Assembly: GCA_964106645.2 (NCBI GenBank)
Contig: OZ067039.1
Length of the DNA stretch: 64,000 nucleotides
Strand: one strand, 5' to 3'
Source of the DNA: Podarcis pityusensis
Taxonomy: Eukaryota
Position 1 is the first letter of the stretch, and each line of letters opens with the position of its first letter. The position numbers were made by a program, and so were the translations under genes. The notes beneath the pieces are model-generated. The model had not been told where the DNA came from. It saw nothing but the letters and a program-made list of their open reading frames with translations, and ran no database searches. This document shows, in pieces, positions 1-12,176 of this stretch.

Positions 1-262
1 ATGCCTCATAGGATGGAAATTGATACGCTATATATAAAAATTACATGATTATCTATATTAACACAATATGTATGTTGGCCATTTGTATATTTCATACAGC
101 TCTATCAATTATAACAACTGCCTGTTAAGGTACCAAAGCAGTTCATTGAGAATTTTACAATGGACTTTATGAACATTCAATATTCAACAGCAAAGCTTTG
201 TTGTTAAAAACTAGCAATCTCTATTATGACTGATGCACTTGGAATTACCTTCAAGGGTTATA

Positions 263-630
263 GGTAAAAAGGTAAAGGACCCCTGGACAGTTAAGTCCAG
301 TCAAAGGCAACTCATCTTGCTTTCAGGCCGAGGGAGCCAGCGTTTGTCCACGGACAGCTTTCTGGGTCATGTGGCCAGAATGACTAAACTGCTTCTGGTG
401 CAACGGAACACTGTGACAGATACCAAAGCGCATGGAAACGCTGTTTACCTTCCCGCTGCAGTGGTTCCTATTTATCTACTTGCATTGGTGTGCTTTTGAA
501 CTGCTAGGTTGGCAGCAGCTGGGACAGAGCAACAGGAGCTCACCCCGGCGCAGGGATTCGAACCGCCGACCTTCTGATCGGCAAGCCCAAGAGGCTCGGT
601 GGTTTCGACCACAGCACCACCCACATCCTG
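263..630 (-). mobile_element. Sauria SINE, near full length
   Basis: tRNA-like head with B-box (GGTTCGAATCC on minus), typical body, ACCTTT tail; degenerate TSD TCAAGGGTTATA (251-262) / TCAAGGATTGTA (633-644). Confidence 0.9.
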
Positions 631-833
631 CATCAAGGATTGTAACTACAGTTGCTCCCATGTTACCTGGGTGCCTTAATTCAACTGTATTTCTCAAGTT
701 TCAAACTCTGAATATACTTGCTTTGGTGGATTCACTTCCTTAACTCTATTGGGGAGGGGGCTACCAAAGAACTGTTTTTTTTTAAGCTATCTAGATAGCA
801 AGGAGCATATGCAATAAAGGCCACCCTTCTCAC

Positions 834-890
834 CTGTTTGGTTATCTCCATGTTTTCTCAGGTGCTCTTCAGGAACTCTTCCTGCCCTTC
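834..890 (-). CDS. TASOR: TASOR exon 17 (GRAGRVPEEHLRKHGDNQT), 57 nt; gene continues off-window
   Basis: CTCCCTCAG acceptor, G|GTGAGA donor; resembles recalled human GGNARSPEDQLGKHGEKQT. Confidence 0.85.
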
Positions 891-1084
891 CTGAGGGAGA
901 GCAGCAGTTAGCAAGGTTAGAGTTTCTCAAGATGTACTACAGCACTACAATTTAAGATACTACAGCACCAATTTAAGATAGCCCACTTTAGAGAGTATAA
1001 AACTAATTATTGGTATTAATTTCCAACATATTTAGATATCATAGGTCTCTTTTCATTCTGGGAAAGACTTGAATTCCAGAATTC

Positions 1085-1500
1085 ATTACATCTGTTAAAA
1101 CTGCAAAAGGCAGCAGACTGGGAATTCCCCATTTTAAGTGCTTTGGTGCACTGGGGTTTGAGCTACTTAACCATGCCACTGCTGCTCCCACACCAAGATT
1201 GTATCAAATACGCTCTGCTTCTCAGTGAAAAATATGATGTAGAATATGCTATTCAAGACTTTTTCTTTCAAGCCTTTAATACAAATATGGAAACTACCAC
1301 CAAAAGCAAGTAGACCCAGTTGCTGCTGTTTGATGAAACAAATATGCCTCCAAACATCAAAACAGCATTTTAAAAGATAGGTAACAGTTCAAATAATGAG
1401 AAGCAACAATAAAAAGGCACCCCACTGGACAAATTGCAGTAAAAAAGAGAATCTTTCAGAATTCATCTGTCTGTCCTTTTTGTAAAATGCAACTCCGGAG
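1085..1500 (-). mobile_element. Degraded tyrosine-recombinase (Ngaro/DIRS-order retrotransposon) remnant
   Basis: Broken frames give AICPV, YLFH, GVGAAVA and KMGNSQSAAFCSFNR in the order expected for CPV..LF.H..HSFRIGAAT..GRW.S.AF..Y.R. Confidence 0.45.
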
Positions 1501-2386
1501 CTTTTTGAAAAGGGTACGGTAACAATTGACAAATAAGTAGGAAAAGCTGGAGTACCTTGCAAGGCAAACTTGCTTCGGTAAAGCTTGCTCCTACAAGGTT
1601 CAGTATTGCCCTCAAATTATTACACTGGACACAGAGGTTTACTAGAAAGGTTTTGTACTAGCCCTCAGCCAAGGTTTTAAAAGGTTTGTCTGAGATTGCA
1701 TGTAATACGTCAGTTTAGCAATGGTCTTCTGGCAACCTCTATACCAAATCCAGCCCATGAAGCAATTTTATCTGGTCACCTTTTCATATTTTGATCAAGG
1801 TGTGGTAAAACATTTGCCTAGTTTCACTCATACAAAAAAAACTCCTAGAATTCAAGGTAAGAGATAGCATATACTCCTTTTGAGTGGTGTAATGTACACA
1901 GCTGTGCCAACTGTATGCCCTTGTAATAGTGAAGCCCTTGCTGGTAGATAGCACTAATTTTAATCTACAGCCAGACCATCCACGTCAGCATATGGCAAAA
2001 CATTACTTTCAACCCCAGCACTATCTGAGGACACAGATTTTATGGTTTGCTTGGTGTCTTCCAACTTTACTCCCTCAGTCATAAAATCCTAACGTGCCCA
2101 CTTCCAGAAAGATATACTGTACTGTATATGATAGAACCAGTAGATCTAATCTCAACAGTTATTGCTTATGTGCTTAAATAACATGAGGTTTAGTCATAAT
2201 ACTGTATACACAGATGGTCTGAAAATGTGGTTTTCACTGCCATAAACACTATCAGAATAACCTGATCAGAATTCAAATATTACTGGAATATGTAATAGTA
2301 TGCACACATCCCTTTTGCCATTTTAAGAACTGGGTATCAGAAAGACACAAAACTTTAGGTTTTATATTTATAAAGTTGTTACTTAC

Positions 2387-2531
2387 CTGTGATAGGAATC
2401 AGCTTCCATTGCATTTCAGTTGCTTCAACGTTGTATGAGGCGGAATGCTGTCTATGATAAGTATGTTCAATGGGTGTGCTAGGACATGGGCTACCACCTT
2501 CAAAGCTACTTACACTTCCAGTGCTTGCTTC
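2387..2531 (-). CDS. TASOR: TASOR exon 16 (EASTGSVSSFEGGSPCPSTPIEH...MQWKLIPIT)
   Basis: 145 nt, AG/GTAAGT sites; conserved WKLIPITG. Confidence 0.95.
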
Positions 2532-3289
2532 CTAAACAAACACATAGAAGTCTCAATTGATAATTCTAACTTGTTACCTTTTAGCCATCTCAATGTAAAA
2601 ATATTTAAAGCGTCTCTATGAAAACAATTTTGCCTTTACATCAAAGCACTTGCTGTTTAACTACTTTTAAAAAACATTCCCACAGCCCAATGCATGTTTA
2701 CTCAGAAATCCCAGCATTTAACAGAGCTTATGCTTTAGGAAGCATTTGTCCCCAAAACAACTTGAGGAACAGTCAACCCCTTGAAATCCAGTTTAGTTAA
2801 TGACAAATTCAGATTTCACACCAGTTAGATAGAACAAATTAATGTAACTCGTCTCTATTATCAACCAATATAGATCTAGATTATATTACATGTGAACAGT
2901 TGTGAACTTCCAGAACCCCTTTCTTCATGAAAGCAAAATAAAATTTCTGAAATAAAGGGAAAAGGCAAAAGAGACCAGAAAGACTGTTGCCATTACTGAA
3001 AACAAAAAAGTAGCAAAATTGAATAATAAATGCATACATTAAAGAAATGTAAACAAGCAAAACAAATAAATACGCAGATACTATGGGTGAAGGACCTTTA
3101 AAACTGGCCCATCAATAAGGTGTAATCAGTTACCATCTTTCTTTACTTAGAACTTGTAAATGGCTCACTGGGTTGGGTTATTGCTTAGTGGGTTTTATTA
3201 TTATCACCCCTATTGTTTAAAATTGTTTTTAACTGCTTAACTCAAATGTTTTAAATTTGAGGTTTTGTTGCTTTTTAATTGAAGACGTG

Positions 3290-5180
3290 GGATGTGCCTG
3301 GGAAGAAAGGAGCTGAGGAGAGCCAATCACAGTGGCTCAGGGTAGGGGGAGGTAAAGTGTAGGAGATTAAGTTGACCAGGTAAGAGGCACACGGCATAGG
3401 CAGTTAGTGACTGTTGTGTGCCAGACCCCCTCTTTTAACCTGGGGAAGTGCAGTTGTCCTCTCAACCAGCCCTTGGGTCCGCGACTGCTGTTGCTGAATG
3501 CCAGGCCTCCCTCACTCAGTGGATTTCCAGGTTGGTCTGGAGGACTCCCAGATTATATGACTGGCACTCCTGTCAAAGCACTGGCTGACCTCTGGAACAA
3601 CTGAATGGTTCAGGCTGTTGATATGAGCACCATCCCCTGCTTCATAGAGCCTGTTTGGCTCCTTGGTATATTCCAAAGCTTGGAGTGATGAAACAAGCTG
3701 GGAGATGGCTCAAATGTAAGAGAAAAACATGGGTTGAATGTAATCGAACACTGATGAGGGCTCATAATAAAGCCTACCTAGGGGCAGTGAAGTCAGCAAA
3801 GGCGGCACACTTTGCCGCCTCCATCGCAACCTCATTGTGCCATTTGGTAACTTTTCCAGGTAGCGTGGGGCCTCTTACAGTCTGGCCTGGAGGTGGTGGA
3901 ACAGACGGTGGCTTGCTGTGACTTTGTTTGCACAGCATTTTGAGGACAAAATCACTTGCATCCACCAGGATCTTGACTCTATTACAGCAGATGAATCTCA
4001 AGGGGTTTCCAGAGCACTATCTAGTTCTCTTGTTGGACGGGTTTCAGTTAGTAAAGTTTGAGGATGTGGACAAGGTGCTTGGATTGATAAGGGTGACCAA
4101 TTGCACTTTGAACTCTTTTCCTTCTTGGCTGATAAAAACTAGTAGGGAGGTGATTAATGCCTCCTTGTAAGAGGGGGTGGTCCTGCTTGCTTGAAGGAGG
4201 TAGTGGTAAAACCACTCCTCAAGAAACCCTCTCTGGGTTCAGAAAATCTAAGTAACTACTGGCCAGTTGCCAATCTCCCCTTCTTGGACAAGGTTCTTGA
4301 GCAGGTGGCTGTGCACCAGGATCCAGGTGCTCTGGGAGGAAACCGATTTTCTAGATCCATTTCAATCGGGGTTTAAGCCCAGTTTTGGCACAGAAACTGT
4401 TTTGGTCACCTTGTATGATGACCTCTGTCAGGAGAGAGACAGGGGAAATGTGTTCCTCTTCTCAGCAGCCTTCAATACCACTGACCATGACATCCTTCCC
4501 ATAGTTGCTGTTCTGGTTAGGGGTAGGTGCCACTACTTTGTGTTGGTTCTGGTCCTTGGATGGTCGTTTCCAGAGGGTGATGTTTGGGGAATGCTTTTCA
4601 GCTCCAGAATGGGTCAATGCAGGATTCCTCAGGGCTCAGTTTTATCCCCTGTGCTGTTTAACATCCACATGAAACCACCGAGTATCTGGAGGTCTGGAGT
4701 ATGTTAACAGCACTATGAAAACTCTACTTCTCCTTTACATCTGCAGGTGTAGAAGTTGGTGTGCTGGATTGTTGTTTTGCCTTAGTAATGGACTGGATAA
4801 GAGTGAACAAACTGAAACTCAATCCCGGTAAGACTGAAGTGGGTGGTTCCTTAGACTGGATGTACGGGAGCTTGCCTGCTCTTGATGGGGTTATACAGTC
4901 ATACTTCGGGTTACAGCCGCTTCAGGTTGTGTTTTTTCGGGTTACGGACCGCCAAAACCTGGAAGTACTGGAACAGGTTACTTCCAGGTTTCGGCAGTCA
5001 CGCATGTGCCTAAGTGCTAAATCGTGCTTTGCGCATGCGCAGAAGTGCCAAATCACAACCCACGCGTGCGCAGACATGCCGCTGTGGGTTGCAAACGTGC
5101 ATCCCGCACGGATCACGTTCGCAACCCGAGCGTCCACTGTACTCCCTCTAAGGGAGTGGGTACGTAGCTTAGGGGACTTT
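3290..5180 (+). mobile_element. Degenerate L2-clade LINE (RT remnant), interrupted by a MITE
   Basis: Frameshifted RT motifs: KPLLKKPSL..NYxPVANLPFLDKVLE, DPFQSGFKPSFGTET, SAAFNTTDH, IPQGSVLSPVLFNI, WIRVNKLKLNPGKTE. Confidence 0.9.
4896..5139. mobile_element. MITE family C (Tc1/mariner-Tigger-like), nested in L2
   Basis: TA-CAGTCATACTTCGGGTT...AACCCGAGCGTCCACTG-TA; internal GCGCATGCGC palindrome. Confidence 0.85.
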
Positions 5181-5870
5181 TGGATCCTTTGCTACTATAG
5201 CCCTTCTGTAAGTCAACCTGTGTATGAAAGAGTAGGATGATTCCCTTCTAAGCTCTGCTTACTTATGAACCCACCCACCCCATACATGGGGACTCTCCTT
5301 CTCTTCCCTTTGCTGCCCTAGCCAAACATCTCTGCCAAGAAGTCTATCTTCTTTCCCTTCCAGATTCCTAACCCAGCATGAAAAGTGTTATCATGGTCCT
5401 CAATAGTAGAGTCTGATGACATTTCCCACCAGAATGCGGAAGGAAATTTTATTAAACTTGTCACTGAGATCAAATGCCCTTCTCCATAAAAAAAGAACAG
5501 AGTGTGGGATAAATCCAGCCTCATATAACCAAGATGCTCAGTCTAATTAAAACATGAAGGGGTTAAAACCATAGCTGTTCTGCTAGGCTTCGGTAAGTCA
5601 TACCTGCTCACTTTGGGAGGAAGGGTAATCAAAACCTTTGTTGTCTCTTTTTCCACCATGTAAAACTGACCAGTAAGGATGTCCAAGCTGGGTGCTCCAA
5701 GCTTAGACCGTGTGACTTTAGCAAGCCACCTTTGTGTTTCTATACAAATAATTTTGAAACATTTACCAATTTTGAAACTAAGTTTAACTGCCTGTCTTTT
5801 CTTGCTACTCTATGGAAGAGCACATGAAGCTGACCGTTGAAGAGTTTGTAGGTAAATCATTCTTACCTAC

Positions 5871-5935
5871 AGGGGGTTGGACTCGATGGCCCTTGTGGTC
5901 TCTTCCAACTCTATGCTTCTATGATTCTATGATTT
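5871..5935 (+). mobile_element. CR1-type 3' tail fragment
   Basis: GGGTTGGACTCGATGGCC...CTTCCAACTCTATGCTTCTATGATTCTATGATT. Confidence 0.75.
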
Positions 5936-6067
5936 TTAACTTACCAAATATGTGGTCTTTTTCAATGCTAAGGGAAGTGAGAAACTTTGGGAACAACTTA
6001 GAAAGGAATATTTTAAAGGTCTATTTCCACACTTTATTTTGCTGCATGTTTTGTGATTGTAAATCTC

Positions 6068-6117
6068 TGATGGGGCTTAATCACCAAAGAGTGATGGGGC
6101 TTAATCACCAAAGAGTG
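6068..6117. repeat. Perfect 24-bp tandem duplication
   Basis: TGATGGGGCTTAATCACCAAAGAG x2. Confidence 0.95.
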
Positions 6118-6671
6118 CTTGCTCCAAAACTGGATCTAGGCATCCAGGGAATTCTCATTTTACTATTTAACCAAATTACTAAAATACCCACACATATGAG
6201 CAAAAGAGTCACAGGGAGCATACATCTAGAATATTACTTATGCTGAATAGGGTAGGGGAGAGAACACACAGCATCTAGGTTGATGACTATTCTTCAGTCT
6301 CCAGTTAAAGCTGTTAGTACTTTTCCACCTCAAAGTATAAATTCAATGGACACAAATGCAGCTGTTCATTACAGCAGAACTTCTTCATGGCAAACTACCC
6401 TCAACCTTATACCATTCTTATTTCCTACCCCGCCCCCTGCCCCCACTACTACTATAATTCAGAACTGCATGAATAAGAGAATTTAGCATTGGTCTTGTTC
6501 AATCTACCCCTTTACTTTTCACTGTTTCAGGAGTTGGGCCATTATAACAGTCAAACTGGAGATCCAGAAGCCACAAATACAAATGCTAAAAAGAACCCCT
6601 ATTTTATATACACCAAATGCATACACTGAAATTTTAGAAGCAGTTTCTAATATTTTTAAATAGATTCTTAC

Positions 6672-7009
6672 TTTTAAATGTTGGGCATGATCAATGTCTA
6701 CTTCACTAGCAGAAACGTCAGAAGAATAAGGCAAGCATGATGCATTCACTTCCAACTTTGGGCTTTGAACATTTTCAACATGTGAAGCATTAAGAAAGTT
6801 CTTGATCTGTGACAGAATTGAGTTGTATTCAACCTGTTGCTCTGAATAGCTTTCTGCTGAATCTTGCTTATTAATTATTGCTGAAATCCGCTTTAGGAAA
6901 TCATATACATCATTACTGGGAGTATTAGCAACATTTTGCTGCCTCAAATCTGTATCATGTCCACCAAGGTCATGTATAATTGAAAGAAGCGATTCTGTTG
7001 CTCTGCCCC
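6672..7009 (-). CDS. TASOR: TASOR exon 15 (GGRATESLLSIIHDLGGHDTDLRQQ...SEVDIDHAQHLK)
   Basis: 338 nt, AG/GTAAGA sites; GHDxDLR and SEV motifs. Confidence 0.92.
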
Positions 7010-7244
7010 CTAGAAACCAAAGAAGGGGAATTGGGGAAAACATGAAGTTATGCTAAAAGTTATTTGCCGTCCTTTAGTTAGTTGACATAGCCAATACAAA
7101 TAAATTAGTATTATTATTACAATTTAGAAAATTTATAAACTGCTTGCTCAAAGAAAATGTATCTACAAGTAGTACACAGGTTCAATTCTATATAGAACAG
7201 GACTAAAATATGCAAAGCAATTAAAAAGAAGTATACATAAAACC

Positions 7245-7320
7245 GAAGACAGGAGTGCCTGGCGTGCTCTGGTCCATGGGGTCACAAAGAGTTGGACACG
7301 ACTAAACAACTAAACAACAA
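7245..7320 (+). mobile_element. Bov-B (RTE LINE) 3' end, heavily 5'-truncated
   Basis: GCCTGGCGTGCTCTGGTCCATGGGGTCACAAAGAGTTGGACACGACTAAACAAC; TSD ATACATAAAA at 7233-7242 and 7320-7329. Confidence 0.85.
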
Positions 7321-7497
7321 TACATAAAAACATTAATGCAAATCTAATGAAATCATGTGTCTGGATAGACCAGCTGAAACTAACAGTATAGTGAAGGTGC
7401 CTGCCTAATTTAAATACACAGGCAGTTCCAGAGCACAGCCGCAGCCACACTAAAAGAACGTTTTCATAGACCGAAAGTAGCTTACGAAAGCTCTTAC

Positions 7498-8181
7498 CTT
7501 CATGCTGACAAATGTTTTCTGAGGACTCACTAGTTTTAAAATGTTTCTGTGGGCTCTCTATCTTAATTTGCAGTCTGCTTTCATTTCTGTTGTCTTCCAT
7601 GTCAGAGTCTCTATCTACATTTTTCTTCATACACTGAATTAAGTTAATCAACTTTTTGATACTTTCTGGATCATAATCCCCAGGGTCACCAGGTTTTCTC
7701 TTGGCAACTACAGTTTCACATTTAGAACCATTTCTTTTCCTAGCTTTTCTCTTTCTGTAGTCAGATTCCTCCTCTGTGGCTTCATAATCTGAAATAGGAC
7801 TAAACTGCTGAGGCTTCCGATTTCCATCCATAATTTTTTTTGCTTTAGAAACAGACATCTGGTAGGTTTCTGAACCAAAAATGTAGTTGCGTAAGGCGCT
7901 TTCAATATTGGATTTGTTTTTTGGTGCAGGATATAGGTGCTTTTTCTCATCCAAGACTGTGCTATAATTATATAAAATGAACTCTTTATTAAATTTACTG
8001 TTTCGCTTCAGATAGTCATTTATATGCTTTTCCACCGCGGTATTTAAATCTACTTTAGTGTCTTTACGAGAATGAATATAAGCATAATGTAGCGACTGAA
8101 TAAATCTTGTAAATTCCGGCATGACCACATGGGCTTCCTGCGTTAATAACGTATTTGCACTTTTCTGTTCATTTTTTAGAA
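7498..8181 (-). CDS. TASOR: TASOR large exon 14 (VLKNEQKS...QQFSPISDYE...LINLIQC...ICQHE)
   Basis: 684-nt open exon within ORF 7310..8191; AG/GTAAGA sites; QQFSPxSDYE and LINLIQC motifs. Confidence 0.95.
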
Positions 8182-9706
8182 CTGTGTTCAAAATAAAAGC
8201 AGAAAGACAATTGCAAGAGAGAAAAATCAGTCATTTAAGCAAGCAACACAACTATTAATACATATTTTAACTTATATCTCCCCCCCCCCGAGGAGTTTAA
8301 AATAGTATATACAGTTCTCCTGCACCACTTTATCTTCAAAACTTGAAATAGGTTAAACTGAATGATAGTGACAGACACAAGGTCTTGTAGTCCACTTCAT
8401 GGCTGAGTAAAGGATCTGAACATTGTCCCCCCAAGGCCTAGCCATTAAACCACACTCACTTGGGGTTAAAAAAGCAAATTCCAATTATATTATAAGACAG
8501 CAATTTGCATTAGCAGAGGAATATTAGAAATATTTTTTCTTCCCATATTTGTATCTAAGAATATCTCATGATTTTGAGTATAACTTTTATGAGCTATCAG
8601 TTGTCTTCTTACAGCATTTCTAATGGCCAAGGGTGATGCAATTTGTAGTGAAGCGACATATTTAGAGCTACAGGTTCCCTGCCTCTGTGATTAAGCCAAT
8701 GGTGAGTATGTATCAACTCTAAATGATTCTAAACAGGAAAATTCCATACAAGCTTTATGTAGTGCTTTTAATGATTATTTGTAATGTGTTGTATTGTTGT
8801 GGCAACCATATCCACCTTTCTAGCAATGAAAGCATGCTGCTCTTATCTAATGGACCATTCAAATTCCAGAAGCCACCTTCCTTCTCAGAGTATCACATGT
8901 TCCTCCAACTTTTTTATTTAGTTTCTGCGCTTTTAGGCTGCCGAACAAAATGTTCTCTGGGTGGCTTACAACAAATAATTATTCTGAATAATTATTCTGT
9001 CTTCCATGCTTGGTATGTCATTGTATCTCTATACACCTGTTGTTTCAAGCACCTGAATACTCTTAGGCCCCTTCTGCTTCCACTTTCTAACACCATATAA
9101 TTCATAGGTAATTTGCTCTGTACTCTTCCTTGCTACCACAAACAGACAAGCAGCAATAAAGCATCAGCATCTCTTCTCATTACTCATCAGCATTGTTCTA
9201 TGGCAAGGTTCTCTGTATTCTACTAACACAGCTTAAGATGTGCTGCTTACCTGTAACAGTAGATCTTCAGGTGATCACTGGAGTAGGCACACATACAGGT
9301 TTTGTGCCTTTCCAGAGCTAATTTCAGATCTATAGCACTAAAGCTGCTGCTGCTGCCACCGCGGGAGCAATAGAAGGCGATACATTTCTTGAGGCTGATT
9401 CCCTGCCCCTGTGGAACCTGCCACCTGAGACAGTCGCCTCACCTTGCCTCATGAATGGGCCAGCCCTGCTATTACTGCATCAATAGTATTACAGCAAGAA
9501 ACCTTTTAAGTGGAGATCTTTACCAGAACAATTAACTTGTACCAGAACTACTGACTTTATTTTTAAATAGAGAATTGTTTTTATTTTTGCATTTTTATAT
9601 ATGGAATTATTTTTAAAGGTTTTTACACTTTTCTTATTATATGGTTGCACTGGGACTTAACACATTTAACAATTAATAAATTGGTACATTAAAGATTAAA
9701 ACTTAC

Positions 9707-9775
9707 CTGAAGTCACAACACCTCTAGGATTCCGAAATAGAAACAATGCCTGCAGAATGTGAGGCTTTCTGTTGT
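9707..9775 (-). CDS. TASOR: TASOR exon 13 (DNRKPHILQALFLFRNPRGVVTS)
   Basis: Follows a 94-nt intron; AG/GTAAGT sites; 69 nt; LxALFLF motif. Confidence 0.93.
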
Positions 9776-9869
9776 CTGAATTAAGAAAAAAAAGGCACAC
9801 CGTAAAGTAATGAAGCTGCTAATTAAAAGAAACAAATCTGAATTGCTGAAGAAGAAACAAGTTGCATAC

Positions 9870-9942
9870 CATATGGGGAAGCCATCTGATAAGAAGAAAG
9901 CAGCAAGAGATATCCCCTGTCTATAAGTGGTTTTACAATAAC
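9870..9942 (-). CDS. TASOR: TASOR exon 12 (VIVKPLIDRGYLLLLSSYQMASPY)
   Basis: TTTTTTCAG acceptor, G|GTATGC donor, 73 nt. Confidence 0.95.
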
Positions 9943-10049
9943 CTGAAAAAAGAAGTTTACACAATTCACACAACATAAAAATGATGCCCCTAATTCTAGA
10001 TAATGCATATTAAATTTGGAACACCCACTCTTGCATCCACGTCCAGCTT

Positions 10050-10130
10050 GAAGGCTTCCCACAGGCATCTCATCAGCCACTGTGGGAACAGGATGCTGAA
10101 CTAGATGGGCCATTGGCCTGATCCAACAAG
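10050..10130 (+). repeat. Common squamate interspersed repeat (CR1-related 3' sequence); further copies near 29340-29430 and 40885-40990
   Basis: CCCACAGGCATCT...CCACTGTGGGAACAGGATGCTGAACTAGATGGGCCATTGGCCTGATCC recurs within the window. Confidence 0.65.
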
Positions 10131-10255
10131 ACGGCAGGCACTTGTCTGCTCATGATGTATTTTCATAAAATATGAACTGGCCAAATTATTCTCAGAACCT
10201 CTCTCAGTGGAATATCTATGCACATAGTAAAGTTATGAAAAGATGCTCTACTCAC

Positions 10256-10359
10256 TAGTTTGTCTGTCTCTAGCTTTTGAAGTAAACCTTCCAAATTACT
10301 TCCTGTTCTAGTCTTTTCCACAACTTCATACAGACTGCAATACATTCCATTCCTGTACT
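10256..10359 (-). CDS. TASOR: TASOR exon 11 (EYRNGMYCSLYEVVEKTRTGSNLEGLLQKLETDKL)
   Basis: TTTTCAG acceptor, GTGAGT donor, 104 nt; conserved NGMYCSLYEVVEKTR. Confidence 0.96.
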
Positions 10360-10467
10360 CTGAAAATGTAAAAAGAAAAGCATCTATTAGTCCCTTCTGC
10401 CAAGAGACAAAGCAAGCAAATATCTTTCTGTATTGGCTTGGAGTTTTAGTAACACAAGCAGAAGCTA

Positions 10468-10774
10468 CCGTATATACTCATGTATAAGCCGACCTTTTCA
10501 GCACATTTTTTGGTGTTGAAAAAGCCCCCCTTGGCTTATAGTTGAGTGAGGGTCCCACCCAAGCGAGCGGCAGAGGCTGTTGTCGGCGGAGGAGGAGGAA
10601 CGAGCAGCCAGCCCGAAAGCAGCCCTTTTGGACACAAACTCACTCCGGCCCAACAGGAGGTTGGTGGTGTGGTGAACCAGCTTATACTCAAGTCAATAAG
10701 TTTTCCCAGTTTTTTGTGGTAAAATGAGGTGCCTCGGCTTATAATCAGGTTGGCTTATGCTCGAGTATATACAG
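10468..10774. mobile_element. MITE family D (pogo/Tc2-like)
   Basis: TA-CCGTATATACTCATGTATAAGCCGACC...GGTTGGCTTATGCTCGAGTATATACAG-TA. Confidence 0.85.
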
Positions 10775-12176
10775 TATTTGGAATTCAGATCCCCTCCTTC
10801 CTTTGCACTCCCCCAAATACCTCTCAATTGGTAAAGTGATCCTTCTGAACAGCATAGGACTGCTGTAGAACAAGCCAATTGCCCAAAGTTAAACAAAACT
10901 GCATTGTATGAACTCTGTATGTTTGCACAAGGCAGCTCTGCATGATTTGGGGGCAATCCCCTCCCAGTACCCCACCCCACATTGTTTAGGAGGATCCCAG
11001 ACGGCTCAGAGAGGGTTGGAGGGGATCATATAGGGGTGGGATGGGAAACTCCTCTTGCATGTTATCTTCCTTCTGCCTGAACTACATAGGATCCAAGCCA
11101 TTATGTATTACTTAAACACACATGTCCAAACTGGTTTTCTATTTTAAAATAGTTCAAGAAAGTCGTAACAACGAGTAACAAAAACAACAGATAACGATAA
11201 GGTTTACTCCAAAATAAAGTTTTTTCACATGTACATTTTTTTAAAAAATCAGTAAAAGTAGAGCATACAAAACCATCAAACCACTATAATTATTTGTTAG
11301 GAAAAAGTTTCACCTGCAATCAAAATAAGAGAAATGTTGGTGTCATTCTCAAGCTGTTCAGAGATGGCATTCCATATTTAATGCATCACTCACAAGAGGG
11401 CATTCCATAAACAAGAGGTCCTACTCCCAGACACCATTAACCCAATCTCTACTGTGTAGAGAATGTGGCATAGATGCCTAGAAGAGGGTCTCTGGATAGT
11501 AATATGAAGGCCTGGGGGGAAAACTAGAAAAAAATTGGGGCAGGGACACTTTCCCCCATTCCCCCCCCAAAAAAACACCTTTCTTGTTTTTTTGCCAAAG
11601 GAAACCCTGGAAAAGTTTGGATGATGAAATATTTTCTTTTAGAATGATTGTTAAACACCTTATTTAAGTCTTCATATATTTACACCCCCAAAATGATTTC
11701 TAAAAGCTGTGTTAACAGGAAGATTTTTCTGCAGGGCCATGTATAGTATAGCATATACTATAGTACAGTATGAATAGTAGCAAATCTTCACAATTCGTAT
11801 ACAATGAGGGCAAGCATGTCCTGTTGTACACTAAGTAAAACTCTCAGATAGAATAAGAAGATGCATTTCTGACTCTTGGAGGGCACTGCCACTGTTACAA
11901 GAGAAGGAAGAAGAATTCAGTGCCTTATTTGCTTGTGGGCTTCTTGTTGGCATAGTTGGTAGATTTGTTTCTATGTTTTTGACTAAGCCTCAAAGGACTT
12001 AACAGAAAGTACAGTTTTTAGAAGTCCATAATAAATATGATGAAGTAGAAACACCTCACAAAATTGTGGCAAGGCCCCCTAAAGAAAGCATACAGGTATA
12101 TCATTGTGCCTTACATATATTGTTGTGCCTCACTTTACCTTATTGTGCCTAAAGTGCCTAATTCTAAAAAGCCAAA

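Noticed and set aside
3655-5240. ORFs of 60-159 aa as protein-coding genes
   Set aside because: Frameshifted pieces of a dead L2 reverse transcriptase plus a MITE
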